This document shows positions 26,101 to 38,376 of a stretch of 64,000 bases of DNA, one piece after another. Location of the stretch: positions 144,621-208,620 of the forward strand of contig NW_005434583.1 of NCBI RefSeq assembly GCF_000315625.1, read 5' to 3'. Below the pieces are notes generated by a model, which was given only the letters and a program-made list of their open reading frames with translations, was not told the origin of the DNA and ran no database searches. Each line of letters starts with the position of its first letter. Position 1 is the first letter of the stretch. The position numbers and the translations under genes are program-made. The DNA comes from Guillardia theta CCMP2712. Taxonomy: Eukaryota; Protista; Cryptophyta.

Positions 26101-26354
26101 GAGCGTGACAGCTTCTCCCGCACTTTCTCTAGGAGGCCGTCGATCTGTATCTCTCGGCGAACCACAGGATCGGTTCTACTCCTCAGGCCGAAGAGCTTCT
26201 GTATCTCGGTATCTCGGAGGACTCCTTCTACCTCGTGGATATCGTCGACCAGGTTGTCGATCGGATCGCTTATCAGATACTCTATCTCCTCGTCGGTCTT
26301 CTTCACCTTCTTCTTCCGGTTCCTCAGTACCGCAGCGACAGCGGCTCCCTGCAT
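20173..26354 (-). CDS. PKD2-like: Polycystin-2 (TRPP/PKD2)-like cation channel with large extracellular loop (Cys-rich, CUB, EF-hand-like) and C-terminal coiled coil + C2 domain
   Basis: S1 LFGTSIFFIVYVSFLFMQR; CUB at ~24295-24650 (CYWIIAPP..LTFQMFDVE..CRYDSVKVY..MCG..IRFTTDSSVNKRGF); polycystin TOP motifs NRIVGAIVISQKR and YIDGTTEEVRVQFLTYN; YLSHPFNWIDW; LRMLKSLDFQERMGLVTRTI; GHMLFG; FFILLNVFLAILVDSYAKVK; C2 at ~20370-20800 (LRVQLVEARNLPRMD..CDAYC..NVNPVW..LWDKDD..DDLVG). Multi-exon, with some internal boundaries approximate. Confidence 0.9.
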
Positions 26355-26579
26355 GATGGAGGATCTATTGCCTTGGCAGTGCTCGGGCAGAGCTGGACCT
26401 GAGAGGATCTTACCAGTGAGACTAGCAGGCGGGGGGCGTGTGATCTACAGGCGTTCTTTCCTATGCTTCACTCGCTGCTGCTTCATCTTTAAAAGGGGGC
26501 GGGAGATTTTCTATTCCCCAAAACAACCGGGTAGGGTGGATAAACGTTTGCTTTCTAGGGGTCATTTCAACTGAGAAAT

Positions 26580-26616
26580 GGTGGGTGGGTGGGTGGGTGG
26601 GTGGGTGGGTGGGTGG
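26580..26616 (+). repeat. (GGGT)n microsatellite, potential G-quadruplex upstream of the PKD2-like start
   Basis: About 8-9 tandem GGGT units. Confidence 0.85.
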
Positions 26617-26997
26617 TCTTCCATGGAAGGGACCCACAAACAATGAACTCTAGTCAAGTACCCCACCCCCTTCTTTCACAAAGGGTAATCCTCTATAGCA
26701 CTTTCCCTGTTAGCATCGGCCAAACCCCACCCACCCTTGAATCGACTCGAGTACCCTCACCCCCTATTTCACATCGGTACCCTACCCATAGAAAAAAGTC
26801 AACACAACAACGGAACATTCCCCCACTTGCACGCCCCCCTTGGCATTTCGCCTTTTCTAGAATACTCTAGTCAAAGAATCAAAATTGAGAGACAAGTTCC
26901 CTTGGGGATTCCTACTTTTCAAATCATGAACCCGTGACCCCGTGACGTCCCATCCTCAAGTTGACACTGGAAAAAGTTGATACAGTTGTCTAGTAAA

Positions 26998-27055
26998 AGG
27001 GTCCTAGGGGGGCCCTAGGGGGGCCCTAGGGGGGCCAATGGGGGGCCCAAGGGGT
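26998..27055. repeat. Short tandem GC-rich quasi-palindromic repeat (ccctaggggggc)n
   Basis: cctaggggggccctaggggggccctaggggggccaatggggggcccaagggg. Confidence 0.8.
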
Positions 27056-28869
27056 CTCCTTACATTATTACTTACAACCGAAACCGAAATCATACTTGAA
27101 AACAAGGGACATACAAGGGATGTGAACCTCTAGCCATCAACTAGTAAGTTATGCCGCTCTGATGCAGAAGTACACCCTTGTGCTGACGATCTATACGTTC
27201 TTCAGATGGAAATTTCTGTTTGAAATCATGATCCCATCTCAATGGTCAGGGCGTACATATTATCAGAGATTACATGCCAAGGTGTGCCGGCCTGTTTAAA
27301 TTCTCTGAAGCATAGAATATTGTTCGGTGCAATCTTTCACATCTTAGGGTGCTTGAATATCTGGTTGATCTGCACCATTTCAGGTTGCACACCTCACTTG
27401 AAATTCTTTTCACATCTTCTCCTCTGCACTCGACATTCGTTGAAGAAAAGTCAGCATACGCATCGATAGAAATGCTGCTCTGTGACATACACTCTCGTCG
27501 ATATCGATAGTCTGGTAGTGGTTGTTTTTAGATCCTTCTATCCTGTTTCATTGGTGTAGCCTCCTCGTCTTCTCAAGTACAAACGAAATGAAGGCCTTGT
27601 GCACCCTCCTGGGATTTGAACTGAATATGACTACCACGTTTCTGAGAGTAGTAGCGAAGTATCTCGTCCCAGAAAATACTTGATGCCTCAAGTCCTCATG
27701 TTACATGATTTAGGCGATGGTATAAGAGTCTCGTCTAAACTGTTACGCAGTTTCCTTCTGGTCATGAAAGCCCATCTTCAACGTTGTGCTACCTCCAGAA
27801 AGCAATCGGAGGGGCTTGCTTCCTAGTTTAAAGTGTCTCCCTTGTGCTGGATCTACGACCATCTCACTCTCACAATCTTACTTCGCACAACAATCTCAGT
27901 CATGATCGTCGTGGTGTTAGTTGTCACAATCTTTGTTGGTCGTCATGGTTTTACTCCTCACAGGGGATCACTTGACTAGTACATCACATTTACTATGGGG
28001 TGCCTACCCCACCCTACCCTATCTTTCACCACATCATTTCTATAGTCCAAATGGGGTCTTAAAGGCAGGGGTAGGGGTACACGGACCCGTAGAACAGATA
28101 GGATAATCAATTGGCAGTTAAAGAAAGTGCGTTGAGAAATAGGGGGGTAGGTACTGTAGGGGGGTAGGGAGTAAAGGAGGTGGTGACTTGTCACCATAAC
28201 TCAGAAGGTAGCTGAAATTTCAAGTCATCATTAAAAGGAAACTTAGTAGAGAATACGGGCATGGGGTCTCTGAATAAGACATCAGTGCATTTGTGGTGGT
28301 AGGGTACCTGTTTGGAGGTGGTGTAATAGTATGAAGGGTGGTTTCGGACCCCTTAGGGCGGACAGCGATCTATGGGGGGGCAAGGGACAGGGAGGAATGT
28401 CAGAGAAAGAGGGTTTGAGATGTGAGAGAAAGTCAGACCTGAGGAGAACAACAAGATAGGGGACAGAGCGAAATGACAGCAGTTTGAGGCGGCTGTAGGT
28501 TGTTGAGGTAGGCAGCTGGAGTTGAAGGAATCAAGATGGGTAAATATCACCGTGTGCTCGTTCTTGTTTTAGCCCTGAAACATTGTTGAAGCTCACTTCA
28601 GAAAGCAAGAGCTAGCAGTCGCGAAAGTCGCGTTGAATCATTCCTCTACATTATTTTTGTTTCAGCTGACCAGACATGCAGAAGGGAGGGAAGCTGAAAT
28701 CATCAGAGTCCAAGTAGCACATGGAACATCCAGGTAGTTAGCATCCGACAAGCACATGACTCAAAACTCGGGACGGGCGGACGCTACCCATGAAATTTCT
28801 TCCAACTCGGAGAGCGAGGTTATTGTTTTCAGCCCTTGCGGCTGAAAGGTCCTGACGCGCACATGTCAG

Positions 28870-30411
28870 GAGTCGCTCGATCCTGATTCAGGAAGGTCTC
28901 CTGCGTTCTTGACGCCTGAGGAATCTCCTGCTACATCGGAGTACCAAACTCCTTCCAGCACCCGCCCGCCGTCAGCTCGCGTCCAGGGGTGGGAGGAGCA
29001 GGAGAGGACAGGGAGTGTAACAGAGACCTGCACGGCTCCGACTTTCTCGAAGACATCAGGGAAACTTGTCAACCATCTCACGATCAACATCAAGTGCGAT
29101 GAAGGTGACATCATCTACTACACGACAGACGGCAGCAAGCCCAGCTCGTCGAATGACAACGCCACTCTGTACAGAAACTCTCAGGGCTGTGTGATCAAGA
29201 AGGAAATGGCCGTGTCGGGGAAGATCACAGTGAGAGCGAAGGCTTGCAACAGGATGAAGAGGTCCTCAGAGGTGGTGGAGGCTGTCTTCCAAGTGCTCGA
29301 GCCCACCATGCTTGTTCAAGCTGCTGCTCAAGCCTCAGAACAGGCGAAGACTCTATTGAGCAAAGCAAGGAGGTGAGGGATCGCGGCATCTGAGCGGCCT
29401 GAGCTTATCTTGCTGCTTTAGGATGGCCTTTATCAACGACAGAGACTATCAGGCAGTTTGCGCCATCGCCCTCCAGATGGCCTACCGCCAACACCTGGCG
29501 CGGGTCTACTTCGAGCAGCGGAAGCGAGCGATCATTCAGATCCAAAGTTTCATGCGGCAGGTGCTCTCACCCGAATTTGCTCGCTCATCGTGACGTCCCT
29601 CCCCGCCCAGTTCATCTCCATCTGGGTAGTCCGTGAGATGTACGAGAAGCGCTTCCGAAGGGAGGCGGATAAGAACGTCGGATGCCTCGTGGTGAAGCTT
29701 CGGCTCAAGGTTACTCCAGCTGCTTGTCTGAACGTGTTGAGATTCTCAGCTCCGATGGTTTGACAGGGCGAAACCGTCGCATCTCTCAGCGAGTCCAAGA
29801 AGAGGATCATCTTCGAGAGCGCTGCCGATGCTGTCAAAATGTCATCGGACCTCTTCCTCCCCTGCTCTCTCACCTTCCTGCAGGCCGCGAGGGAGCTGGA
29901 TAGTGTGGAAGGTGGAGGAGTGCCTGTCTTCCAAGTACCTCAAACCACACTTCGAAGAGGACAAGCAGGTCATCGTCAAGCTCCTCGCCCTCCCTGCCAA
30001 AGAGCAGATCCCAACCATCGCGGTACTCCCGTCCTGCTCTTCCCCCACTCCTGGGCTCCTTATCCTGTCCTGATCCCCCGGGCACAGGCAAGGATCAAGG
30101 AGAGTATCGCGTGCGGGCAGCTGGAGAGGCTGATGGAAAGCAAGGGGCTCAGCTGCAAGACCTCGTACAGGGAAAGAGATCCCAACAAGAAGGTGAAGCA
30201 GAACACGCAGAACGGGTGGAAGAGGGTCGCCTCCAAGACTGGCGAATACTTCTTCTGGAACAAGGTCCGTCCCCACCCCCTTCCAAGCTCCTCTGACCTC
30301 CACATGGCGCAGTACTCGGGCGAACGGACATGGCGCGTGCCTGACGAGCTCGCGGGCGTCGATCTGGAAGAGGTTCCGATCGCCGAGAAGAAGGTCAAAG
30401 GGGGCAGCTGA
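28870..30411 (+). CDS. Hypothetical protein with Fn3-associated (chitobiase C-terminal-like) domain and C-terminal WW domain; start uncertain
   Basis: IYYTTDGSKPS...ITVRAKA (Fn3_assoc signature). GWKRVASKTGEYFFWNK|YSGERTWRVP is a WW domain split by an intron. Several short GT-AG introns. Confidence 0.7.
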
Positions 30412-30503
30412 AGGAAGAGGAGGAAGAGGAGGAGGAGGAGGAGGAGGAGGAGGAGGTGGAGATGGTGGTGGCAAGGAGTAGGTGGATCAATCAGTCGGGT
30501 ACT

Positions 30504-33500
30504 TCATTCCCTCTCGTCTGCTCGCTTTTTCTCTAGTATGAGGTGCTGGAAGTGACGGTGAATCCCGAGAAGAACATGAGCGTCGAGAGCCGCGTAGATA
30601 GTCTGCTCCAGGTCATCGGTAAAGGCGATAATGTAAGGCAACGCCGTTCCTCGTTCCTCGTGCCTCGTGCCTCTTGTCTCCTTTTCCTTCTCTCCCCTCT
30701 CCCCTCCTCTGTGATCCATGTCCTGCCTCCTTCTCTTCCATTCGCTTGCTCCCTCTTCACTCCTGCCTCCTCCCTCATCACCTGTGAGGACCGCAAGGGC
30801 CTGCGATCCCAGTTGGAGCATTGCTCGCTCTTGTCCAGTCGCTTCCCTGCTCCTCATTAGCTTCCCCAGCAGTAGAGGAGCAGGAAATGCCTCCTACCCC
30901 AGATCCTCCGGCACAACGAAGACAGGCTGAGAGTCAACGGAGTCCAGCTGAAGCCCGTCAGCCATGTCAGCAGAGAGAAGGAGTCAAACCCTGCGGCCTC
31001 TGCCTCCTCCTGCTCCCCCAAGCTGCGGGATGCGAGCTCCTGGCAGTCCTCTACGCACACCTGCGATGGACGCTCATTCTGCTGGCGAGTGAGGAGGAAG
31101 GAGTTGAGGAGGAAAGGAGGGCAAGGGGAAGGAGTGGAGGAGAAGAGCAGGTGAAAGAAAAGGATCAGGGCAACTGACAATTCACCTCCATCTCCCGCAG
31201 CGTCGGGAACGCGGCCTGCAGGTTCTCCACGTCCCCAGTGAACGCAAACCCCACCTGATCCCCAGCTCATCGTTGGCCCACGACAGGAGATGATCGGAGC
31301 TCTCACCCTTCTCAGCTGACACTCCCTCGAGAAAATCCATCCCAGCAGGTTCCCAAGAGAGGACCCGAACTCTAGATCCTCCTCAGCCTTCACGCAGTCC
31401 AGGAGATACACCGTGTCTTGGATTGCCAGCTGGACCAGGGAGCAGCTGTGAGGGGGTGGTGGTGGTCAGGTGGGAAGCAGGGGGGCAGGTCAGCTCACGG
31501 TCTCGGATATCTCCATTCAGTGTCAATGCCCAGTATTTCCCCAGCACCCATGGCCTCGAGGAACCGACGGCACTTTCCCAGCTCGTTCAGGGTGTCAACC
31601 CACACGATGTCAACTGACCCCGGCAGGCTCAGCGTCTCTTCGCTCTTCACCTCGCTGGTGGTCGAGCCTACGGCCCCATCATCCTGCTCAGATGGGAACA
31701 GGAAGGATGAGGTGAAGGTGAAGGAGGAGGAGGAGGAGGAGGAGGAGGAGGAGGAGGAGGAGGAGGAGGAGGAGGAGGAGGAGGAGGAGGAGGAGGAGGA
31801 GGAGTAAGGAAGAGGAGGTGGAGGAGGAGGAGGAGGAGGAGGAGGAGGAGGAGGAGGAAGGTGATGGAGGAGGTGTCAGGAGTTGGCGCTCACCTTGTGG
31901 CCTCTTCACCTGGTAGGTTTCTTCCATCACCCTGACCAGCTCCTCCTTCTCTCCAACGTACTCCCACGCGTCGCTCTTGAGCCCCTGCAGCCCCTTCAGC
32001 AGCGGTCCAGCTCGCGGCGGACGTCACCTTGGACATGAGGAGCTCGAGAGTCGCGCACTCAAGCAAGAAGTCAGACTTGACGTCCGTCAGCTCCCAGCGC
32101 TTGAGCAGGGCAACAGCCTTCCTCCAGCACCGCGCTCCCTTCACCTCCTCGTACACTGCCTGCCTGACCTCCTCCTTCGCATCTCCCAGCTGCCCCTCGA
32201 GCAGGTCAGGAAGTCACTCACTCACTCACTCCCACCTGCTCCACAAGCTGCCACATCCTCGACTCAACGATCGCGCGGATCAGACCCGCGCTCACCAGCA
32301 CCTCCTCGATACCCAGCTTGCGGGCAACTTTTACAGCCGCCTGTCAAGGAGGCCATCAACTAGAAGGAATTCTCTTCCTCTTCACGCTCCTCCTCCTCCC
32401 AACTTCAGCAAACTCCCCACCCTTTCCTCTCCATGTCCTTGGATCCCTCTGTCACCCTCCTCTGCCCTTCCCGCCCCCCCCCGTTCCTGATAGTTTTGCG
32501 TCCTGCGGAAGAAATCGAACAGATCCGACTTGTCCTCCTCCCTCAGCCAAACTTTCTCTCGGTCCTCGTCGAGTCTTGCCGGGCAGACTGAGATCGACAC
32601 AGCAACAGTGAAACCCTGCCACGAGGTGAGAGGAGGAGAGCTGGCAGGGGGAAGGGGGACGAGGGATGATAGGAGAGGAAGATGAGACAAGGAGGACGAC
32701 GAGGTGTCAAGGATGAAGAGGGGAGGAAGACAGGGAGGAGAGAAGGAAGAGGAGGAAGGGGAGGAGGAAGAGGAGGAAGAGACAAGGAGGAGGACTAAAC
32801 CAGGTCTACGTCAGGACATCGACACAGCTGGTTCAGGATGCTGGAACCTCCTCTCTCCTCCACTGCTCCTCTCAGCGACGTTTTCGCTGACTGCAGCAGC
32901 CTCTCCGTCTCGCTCTCGAGCTTCAAGTCCTCATGCACGTCTGGGTTCAGCGGTAAGGAACAGCCAGGGGGACGGAGCCGTTGCCGCACCTCCTTGGAAC
33001 AAGACTTTGAGCGAGAGGGGCAAGGCAGAGGAAGTGACCTTGTACTGCCTCCTGAGGTTCCGGGACGGCGGCTGTGCATGCGAGCTCAGGGTCAGCGAAC
33101 CAATGCAGATGCTTTCTCCTCTCACCTTGAAGCTCCGAGTCATCGCAATTAGCCCCCCGAGCACTGCACGGCCCCCATGCTCCCTCGCCGCCTCCACCAG
33201 CACATCCACCAGCTTCCCTGCGACCATGAAAGTGCTCTGCGGCCCGTTTGCCATACAAGTCCATGCCATGGCGAACAGAAGCTTCATGGCATCTGCCCCT
33301 CGCTGCTCCACCAGACAAATCACCAGGTTCGCCCCCTGCTCCCCTGCTCCCTCCTCTGCTCCCTCCTCAGTCATCCTGCTCCCGCTCTCCCCTCCTTCAC
33401 AGCCCTCCTCCACGTCCTCCTCCGACATCCCCGTGCTGAAGATGATCGTTCCCATCTCAGCCATCTTCTCCCGCCTCGCAGGACGAGACTTGATCTCATG

Positions 33501-34004
33501 CTGGAAATCAACCCACTCGCCCTCCTCCTTCGCCTCCGCCTCCTCCATCCTCTCCAGGATCGTCATCGAGACTCCCATCCTACTCGCTAGTCCCACGGGC
33601 GTCTCACCCTTCACAGTCTTCACTTTCATCTTCGCCGACCGGTCGAGCAGCAACGAAACGACTTCGTCTCGCTTCTTTCCGGCTGCAAAGTGCATAGCCG
33701 TCTGTCCTCGTATCGTCATGGCGTCGACGCGGGCGCGGTGCTCCAGGAGCAGTCGAACGACCTCCACGTTTCCTCGCCATGCCGCCATGTGCAGCGCAAC
33801 CTTCCCGTTGCTGTTTCCCAACCTCACGCACGTCTCCACGCTCTCCTCCCCCAGCTCCTCTCGAGCTGATCCTATCACTGCGCTCGTCGCCTCTGCCGTG
33901 TCAAACAGAGCCACTCGCCTCAGCTGCCTGCCAAACTTCTCCTGCTGCTTCTGCTTCGCACTGAGGCCCCAGTGCTGGCAGCCCTGCACATCCTCGCTAT
34001 CCAT
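30504..34004 (-). CDS. Ankyrin-repeat + Mut-7/EXD3-like DEDDy 3'-5' exonuclease
   Basis: N-terminal ankyrins (GKVALHMAAWRGNVEVVRLLL, GQTAMHFAAG, GETPVGLA). Downstream exons give ExoI ILGIDTEWR (~31510-31535), LVQLAIQDTVYLLD (~31400-31440), ExoII VGFAFTGDVENL (~31220-31255), LSLSSLCRRI, LDKSEQCSNWDRRPLRSSQ (~30783-30840) and ExoIII IYAALDAHVLL (~30570-30600). Exonuclease and ankyrins are each well supported, but their linkage in one transcript is inferred. Confidence 0.75.
31722..31860 (+). repeat. (GAG)n microsatellite (intronic)
   Basis: Long ggag/gag run. Confidence 0.9.
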
Positions 34005-34548
34005 CTTGCTCCTCTAAACCAGCGTGAGAGCCGGAGAAACGAAACACTTGGGCACAGCAGCCGTCTAAGACTTGGGCACAGGAGCTGTCTTAGCTTCGCT
34101 GAGGCCGCTCTGAGCAGCAATCATATGCACCCTCAGCCTCAAAATGTGTTGAAGCAAGCGTCAGACGAGAGACGATCGGAGATGCGATCGAACCCACCAA
34201 CGTACAAGCAGGACCGGAAAGCCTGGCACGACGGGCAGTTTGAAGGCAAGGAGGAGGACGAGGAGGTGAAGGGAGGGGAGGAGGAGGAGGAGGAGGAGGA
34301 AGAGGAGGAGGAGGAGGAGAACTATGTTTGTGTGTAGGGGATTCGCATCGGGATTCTGAGGGGGGTTTGTTTCTGGTGGGCCAAGTACGGGGATGAGGTT
34401 TCGAGAATTTAGATGAAACGGAGGGGGTGGGGGTACAGAAGGGTGGGGTGATTTGCACTGTTGAACATGTCATATTCAGAGGTAGGAGTGTTTACAATTG
34501 CAAAGTACAAGGGTAGGGTGGTTTGCGAAGGGGCGCGATGCATAGAGT

Positions 34549-36444
34549 ATGACTGTAGTGGAAGGAAGGACGGAAGGGAAGGGGAGGAGACAAGCGTGTC
34601 TCCTCCTCCTCCTCGCACCTGCTCTCCTAGCTCTAATTGTTCTGTCCCAATCCCGCTCTCTCCCCTCGCCTTCTCTGCTTGACTCGTCGGAAGACAAGAC
34701 TGCCGATGATGCTGCCCCCGAAGCAGCGTCGGTGAGCGACGACAGCCAGGAACATGGCGCGAAGAGGAGAACTATCGTCACAGTCATCAACCAGCCCGTT
34801 CCTCCTGTGGCTGCTGAGCTTCAACATGTCCAGGCAATCCTGAAGAAGCTCAAAACCAAGATCTCCTCCTTCCAGAAGAACGAAGAGGAGGTCGGTAAGG
34901 GGCTGAAGCAATCCATAGAGCGACAGAAGCTGCAGGTACAGGGTTATTGACCTCATGCTCTTGAGTTGAAGGAAGTGGCAGGTTCATGCTCTCAAGGACG
35001 ATTCTTATCGCGTCGACAAGCTTCGCCGATCCGTGTCCAAGTTTCTGAACTCACCTGGCCCCTTGGGCCAGAGGGGATCTCCGGGCAGGGAAGGAAGGTT
35101 TGGTTCTCCAGGGCCACCAGGCCCCATGGGCCCCATGGGCTTCCGCGGACAAGATGGTGAGCGAGTCTGCAAGTCATCGATGTCTGTGTGATCGCATGGG
35201 ATGGCCTGTCGGTCAACTGTCGCTCTCCCTCGGCGATTTTTGGTCAGCCTCTCACCGCTTGCTCCTCCAGGTCTGCCTGGAAGGTTTGGTCCCCGTGGTT
35301 CTCAAGGTAGCACTGGCATGAGCGGAGAGGTCGGCGTTCCTGGCGCGCAAGGGCCACCCGGACGGTAGTTGAGGATGCGACTGACACGTGTGAACTCTGA
35401 AAGTTGTCCGAAGGGATGGTGCGCCGGGTGTGCCGGGCATTTCTGGACGCAATGGAGAGACTGGGCTGCGAGGACGGAAGGTACATCGCTGCCTCCTGTC
35501 GCTCTGCTTCATCCCTGCTGACTGGCGAGGAGGGAGCAAGCGGGGACGAGGGACCCAGGGGGATGCAAGGAAGGTCGGTAACCGGCCCCATCGGCCCTCC
35601 AGGTAGACTCGCAACTGTTCGACCCAGCGCCCGGTCTCACTGAACGCTGCTCCTCCTCGCTGGCTGCAGGACCCATGGGCCCCATGGGGTACCAAGGCTT
35701 CCCCGGTGCTCCCGGACGTCACGGGATCGCTGGCAAGGAGGGCCATGTAGGCTTGCCAGGAGCTTCGGGAATCCCGGGCCCACGGGGGAACAACGGCGTT
35801 CCGGGCATTGCGGGTACTAGCTGACAATCTGTGCTGATTTGCCTCACGACATTCCAGGACGTCCCGGGCCCCCGGGTGCCCCAGGAGTGTCCGGACAAGA
35901 CGGGCAGGTGGGATCGCCGGGACCTCCTGGTCAGACGGGTCAGTACAAGCTTGCTGTGCTTGCACTCTTGCTCATGGCCCTGTCTCTTGTGCAGGAGTTG
36001 CTGGAGCTGTTGGGCCCCAGGTGAGATGGAGGAGGAAGTAACGGGCCATGTGAGGAGCTGATGATCATGCCAGGGCAATGTTGGGATCGCTGGTTCTACC
36101 GGAGTTCAGGGGACGTCAGGAGGTGCCGGCGCGAGCGGAACTCCAGGTCCCCCCCCCTCCCCCTTTCCGTCATCCAGTCTCATCGCTCCTCTTCACAGGC
36201 ACTCCTGGAACTGCAGGAGCCTTCGGTGTGGTGGGCACGTCCGGCGCTTCGGGTAAGTTCTGACCTCGCTGTGCCGGCGACGTGGCCCTGACAACCTTGG
36301 GCAGGAGCACAAGGGCCTCCGGGACCTGTCGGAACTATCGGGCACGACGGAGGTCACGGGGCTCAGGGAGCGCCAGGGATGGTGGGAGCTCGTGGACACT
36401 GGTCGGACTTCTGGCGAGCCAGGGCGCTGGTTCCTTACAAGTGA
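34549..36444 (+). CDS. Collagen-like (Gly-X-Y) protein with N-terminal transmembrane/signal anchor and coiled coil
   Basis: N-terminal [16 protein letters not shown] and coiled coil [23 protein letters not shown]. About a dozen small exons encode [106 protein letters not shown] and [10 protein letters not shown]...[16 protein letters not shown]. Confidence 0.85.
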
Positions 36445-36531
36445 TGAGGGGGTTTCTAAACTAGTTTTACGTGTAGAAAGGCATAGAAATACTGAAACAG
36501 GGGGGGAGAGGGAGCGGAGCTTGCCCCAGCC

Positions 36532-38021
36532 TCAAGTTTTGAGCAGATATGTGAGCTCAAGATCGCTGGTACTGTTCCAGCAGTCGCTCCACACGGTCTT
36601 GAGGGAGAGATCGTTCTTAAGCGGAGCCCCACGGCAGAGAATCTCGATCTGTAACCAGGGAGTTAGTGCGGTGCCTGATTAAGGTCAAGGAGAAGAGAGG
36701 GAGATGAAGAGAAGGAAAAGATGGGAACGAGAGGAACTTACATCTACTGCTGCAACCTCGTAGTTGTGATCTTGTTTCAGCTTGCTGCAGAGATAATTTT
36801 TGTACTGTTTGACTGTGGCCTCCACAGACGACCTGAAAGCAGGTTAGCGACTTAAAAGTTTGTGTGAGTTAGATAAGACCGCAAGTAGGGCTTCAGCAGC
36901 TTTGGCAAGGGCTTGGTGCTTTCCTCCTGTGGAAACAAGGATAGACACAACTTCTTGTTTCCTCCCTCAGAGTTCTTCTGCGTCTGCTGCATTTTCTTCT
37001 TCATGGCCACTTTGCTTGCCACTTTCCTCCTCTTGGCCTCTTTGAAAGACATTTTCAGCTTCACAGCATCAGCATGCACGAGGATATATGACCGGACTCA
37101 GCTGAAGTTTCTTCTCGTGCCTTGGTGCCTGCCTCTGCTTCTCTCTGAATGCTCTTCTCGCCCACTGCAGGCTAACTCAGACCTGACATGGAAACAAGGG
37201 AGCGCAATCCTTACCACTCTCCTCCTTCGCAAAATGAGGGAAAACTTTGTCTACAATGTTCTGCATGGCGCGATCGGTCCTGTCATGATCAAGGATCACG
37301 AGAAGGCGCCTCCTGCTATGAGTGAAAACTGTGCTGCTCTTCTTTCTCACCTCACTTTCTCATGAGGAGCTGGACCCAAGTCCTTCTCACAAGTCGGACA
37401 AGTGAGGTACTCAGAAAAATGCTGCATGATGCAAGGCTTGCAAACTGCATGACAATGTCAGGAAAGATCCTTAAAGTGATCAAAATGCTTACAGGTATGC
37501 AAGCACTCTGTCACTGTCATCGCATCTCTCAAGTACCCCATGCCTGTTTGAAAAGTCATCTTGCGACAAACCTCTGTCTTCAAAGCATACATAAGGAGCA
37601 TATCAGATGCTCGTTCATGATACGCGTTGGGAATACAACATCGCTGCCCTCCAGCACTGCTGTGCCTGTGGCAAATTTAACGCATTAATGGAGATGATTT
37701 TTGCACACTTAAAACTTTTCTATCTGATACGCCAATAGCCTCGTCCTGGCTGACATGGCTAAGTAAGCTACAATGTCCAAATTTTCTCTTGTCCAGTATC
37801 TCGGAAGGACTGTAATTGACAGGGTAACCTTTCCACAAGGCTTTTACCGCAAATTTGTCTTGTCCATGCCTGCTGCCTATCTCACCATGCCTCTGTCCTT
37901 TCATGCCCTGTCCTGTCCTCTCATCCTTCAGGCATCTTTCTCTTTTCTTCTCTTCTCTTCTCATCCTCTCCTTCCATTTCTCCTCCTTCCCGTCACCTGG
38001 ATCTGTCGGCTGGTCCGGCAT
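36532..38021 (-). CDS. PCGF-like: Polycomb group RING finger (PCGF/BMI1/DRIP-like) RING + RAWUL protein
   Basis: Spliced reading NEHLICSL|CMGYLRDAMTVTECLHT|FCKPCIMQHFSEYLTCPTC..VR|TDRAMQNIVDKVFP. C-terminal RAWUL: LPKLLKPYLR|SSVEATVKQYKNYLCSKL..|IEILCRGAPLKNDLSLKTVW..LELTYLLKT*. The 5' exons and start are approximate. Confidence 0.85.
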
Positions 38022-38164
38022 AGTTGAGTTCGTGGAGCGGGGTGATTTTAACCCACCCCTACCTATCTACACTTCTGAATCCAAACAAGGGGGTGGGATA
38101 TATCGATGAGGCGGACCCACGACTTGATTGTGATGGTCTGGATCCCACATTTTTTACTGCCAAT

Positions 38165-38179
38165 CCTCCTGCTCCTCCT

Positions 38180-38224
<45 letters not shown>

Positions 38225-38242
38225 GCTCCTGCTCCTGCTCCT

Positions 38243-38287
<45 letters not shown>

Positions 38288-38294
38288 GCTCCTG

Positions 38295-38331
<37 letters not shown>

Positions 38332-38376
38332 GCCTCAGCCTCCTCCTCCTCCTCCTCCTCCTCCTCCTCCTCCTGT
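38165..38376 (+). repeat. (CCTGCT)n/(CCT)n microsatellite
   Basis: Direct read of the tandem hexamer. Confidence 0.95.

Noticed and set aside
27100-27950. AT-richer stretch that might be a decayed transposon or gene
   Set aside because: No long ORF, terminal repeats or recognisable transposase/RT motif.
30543-31177. Plus-strand ORFs as a continuation of the WW gene
   Set aside because: The minus strand carries conserved exonuclease motifs here, so the plus ORFs are antisense shadows.
32704-34017. 437-aa plus-strand ORF
   Set aside because: Ser/Pro-rich antisense shadow of the ankyrin exon.
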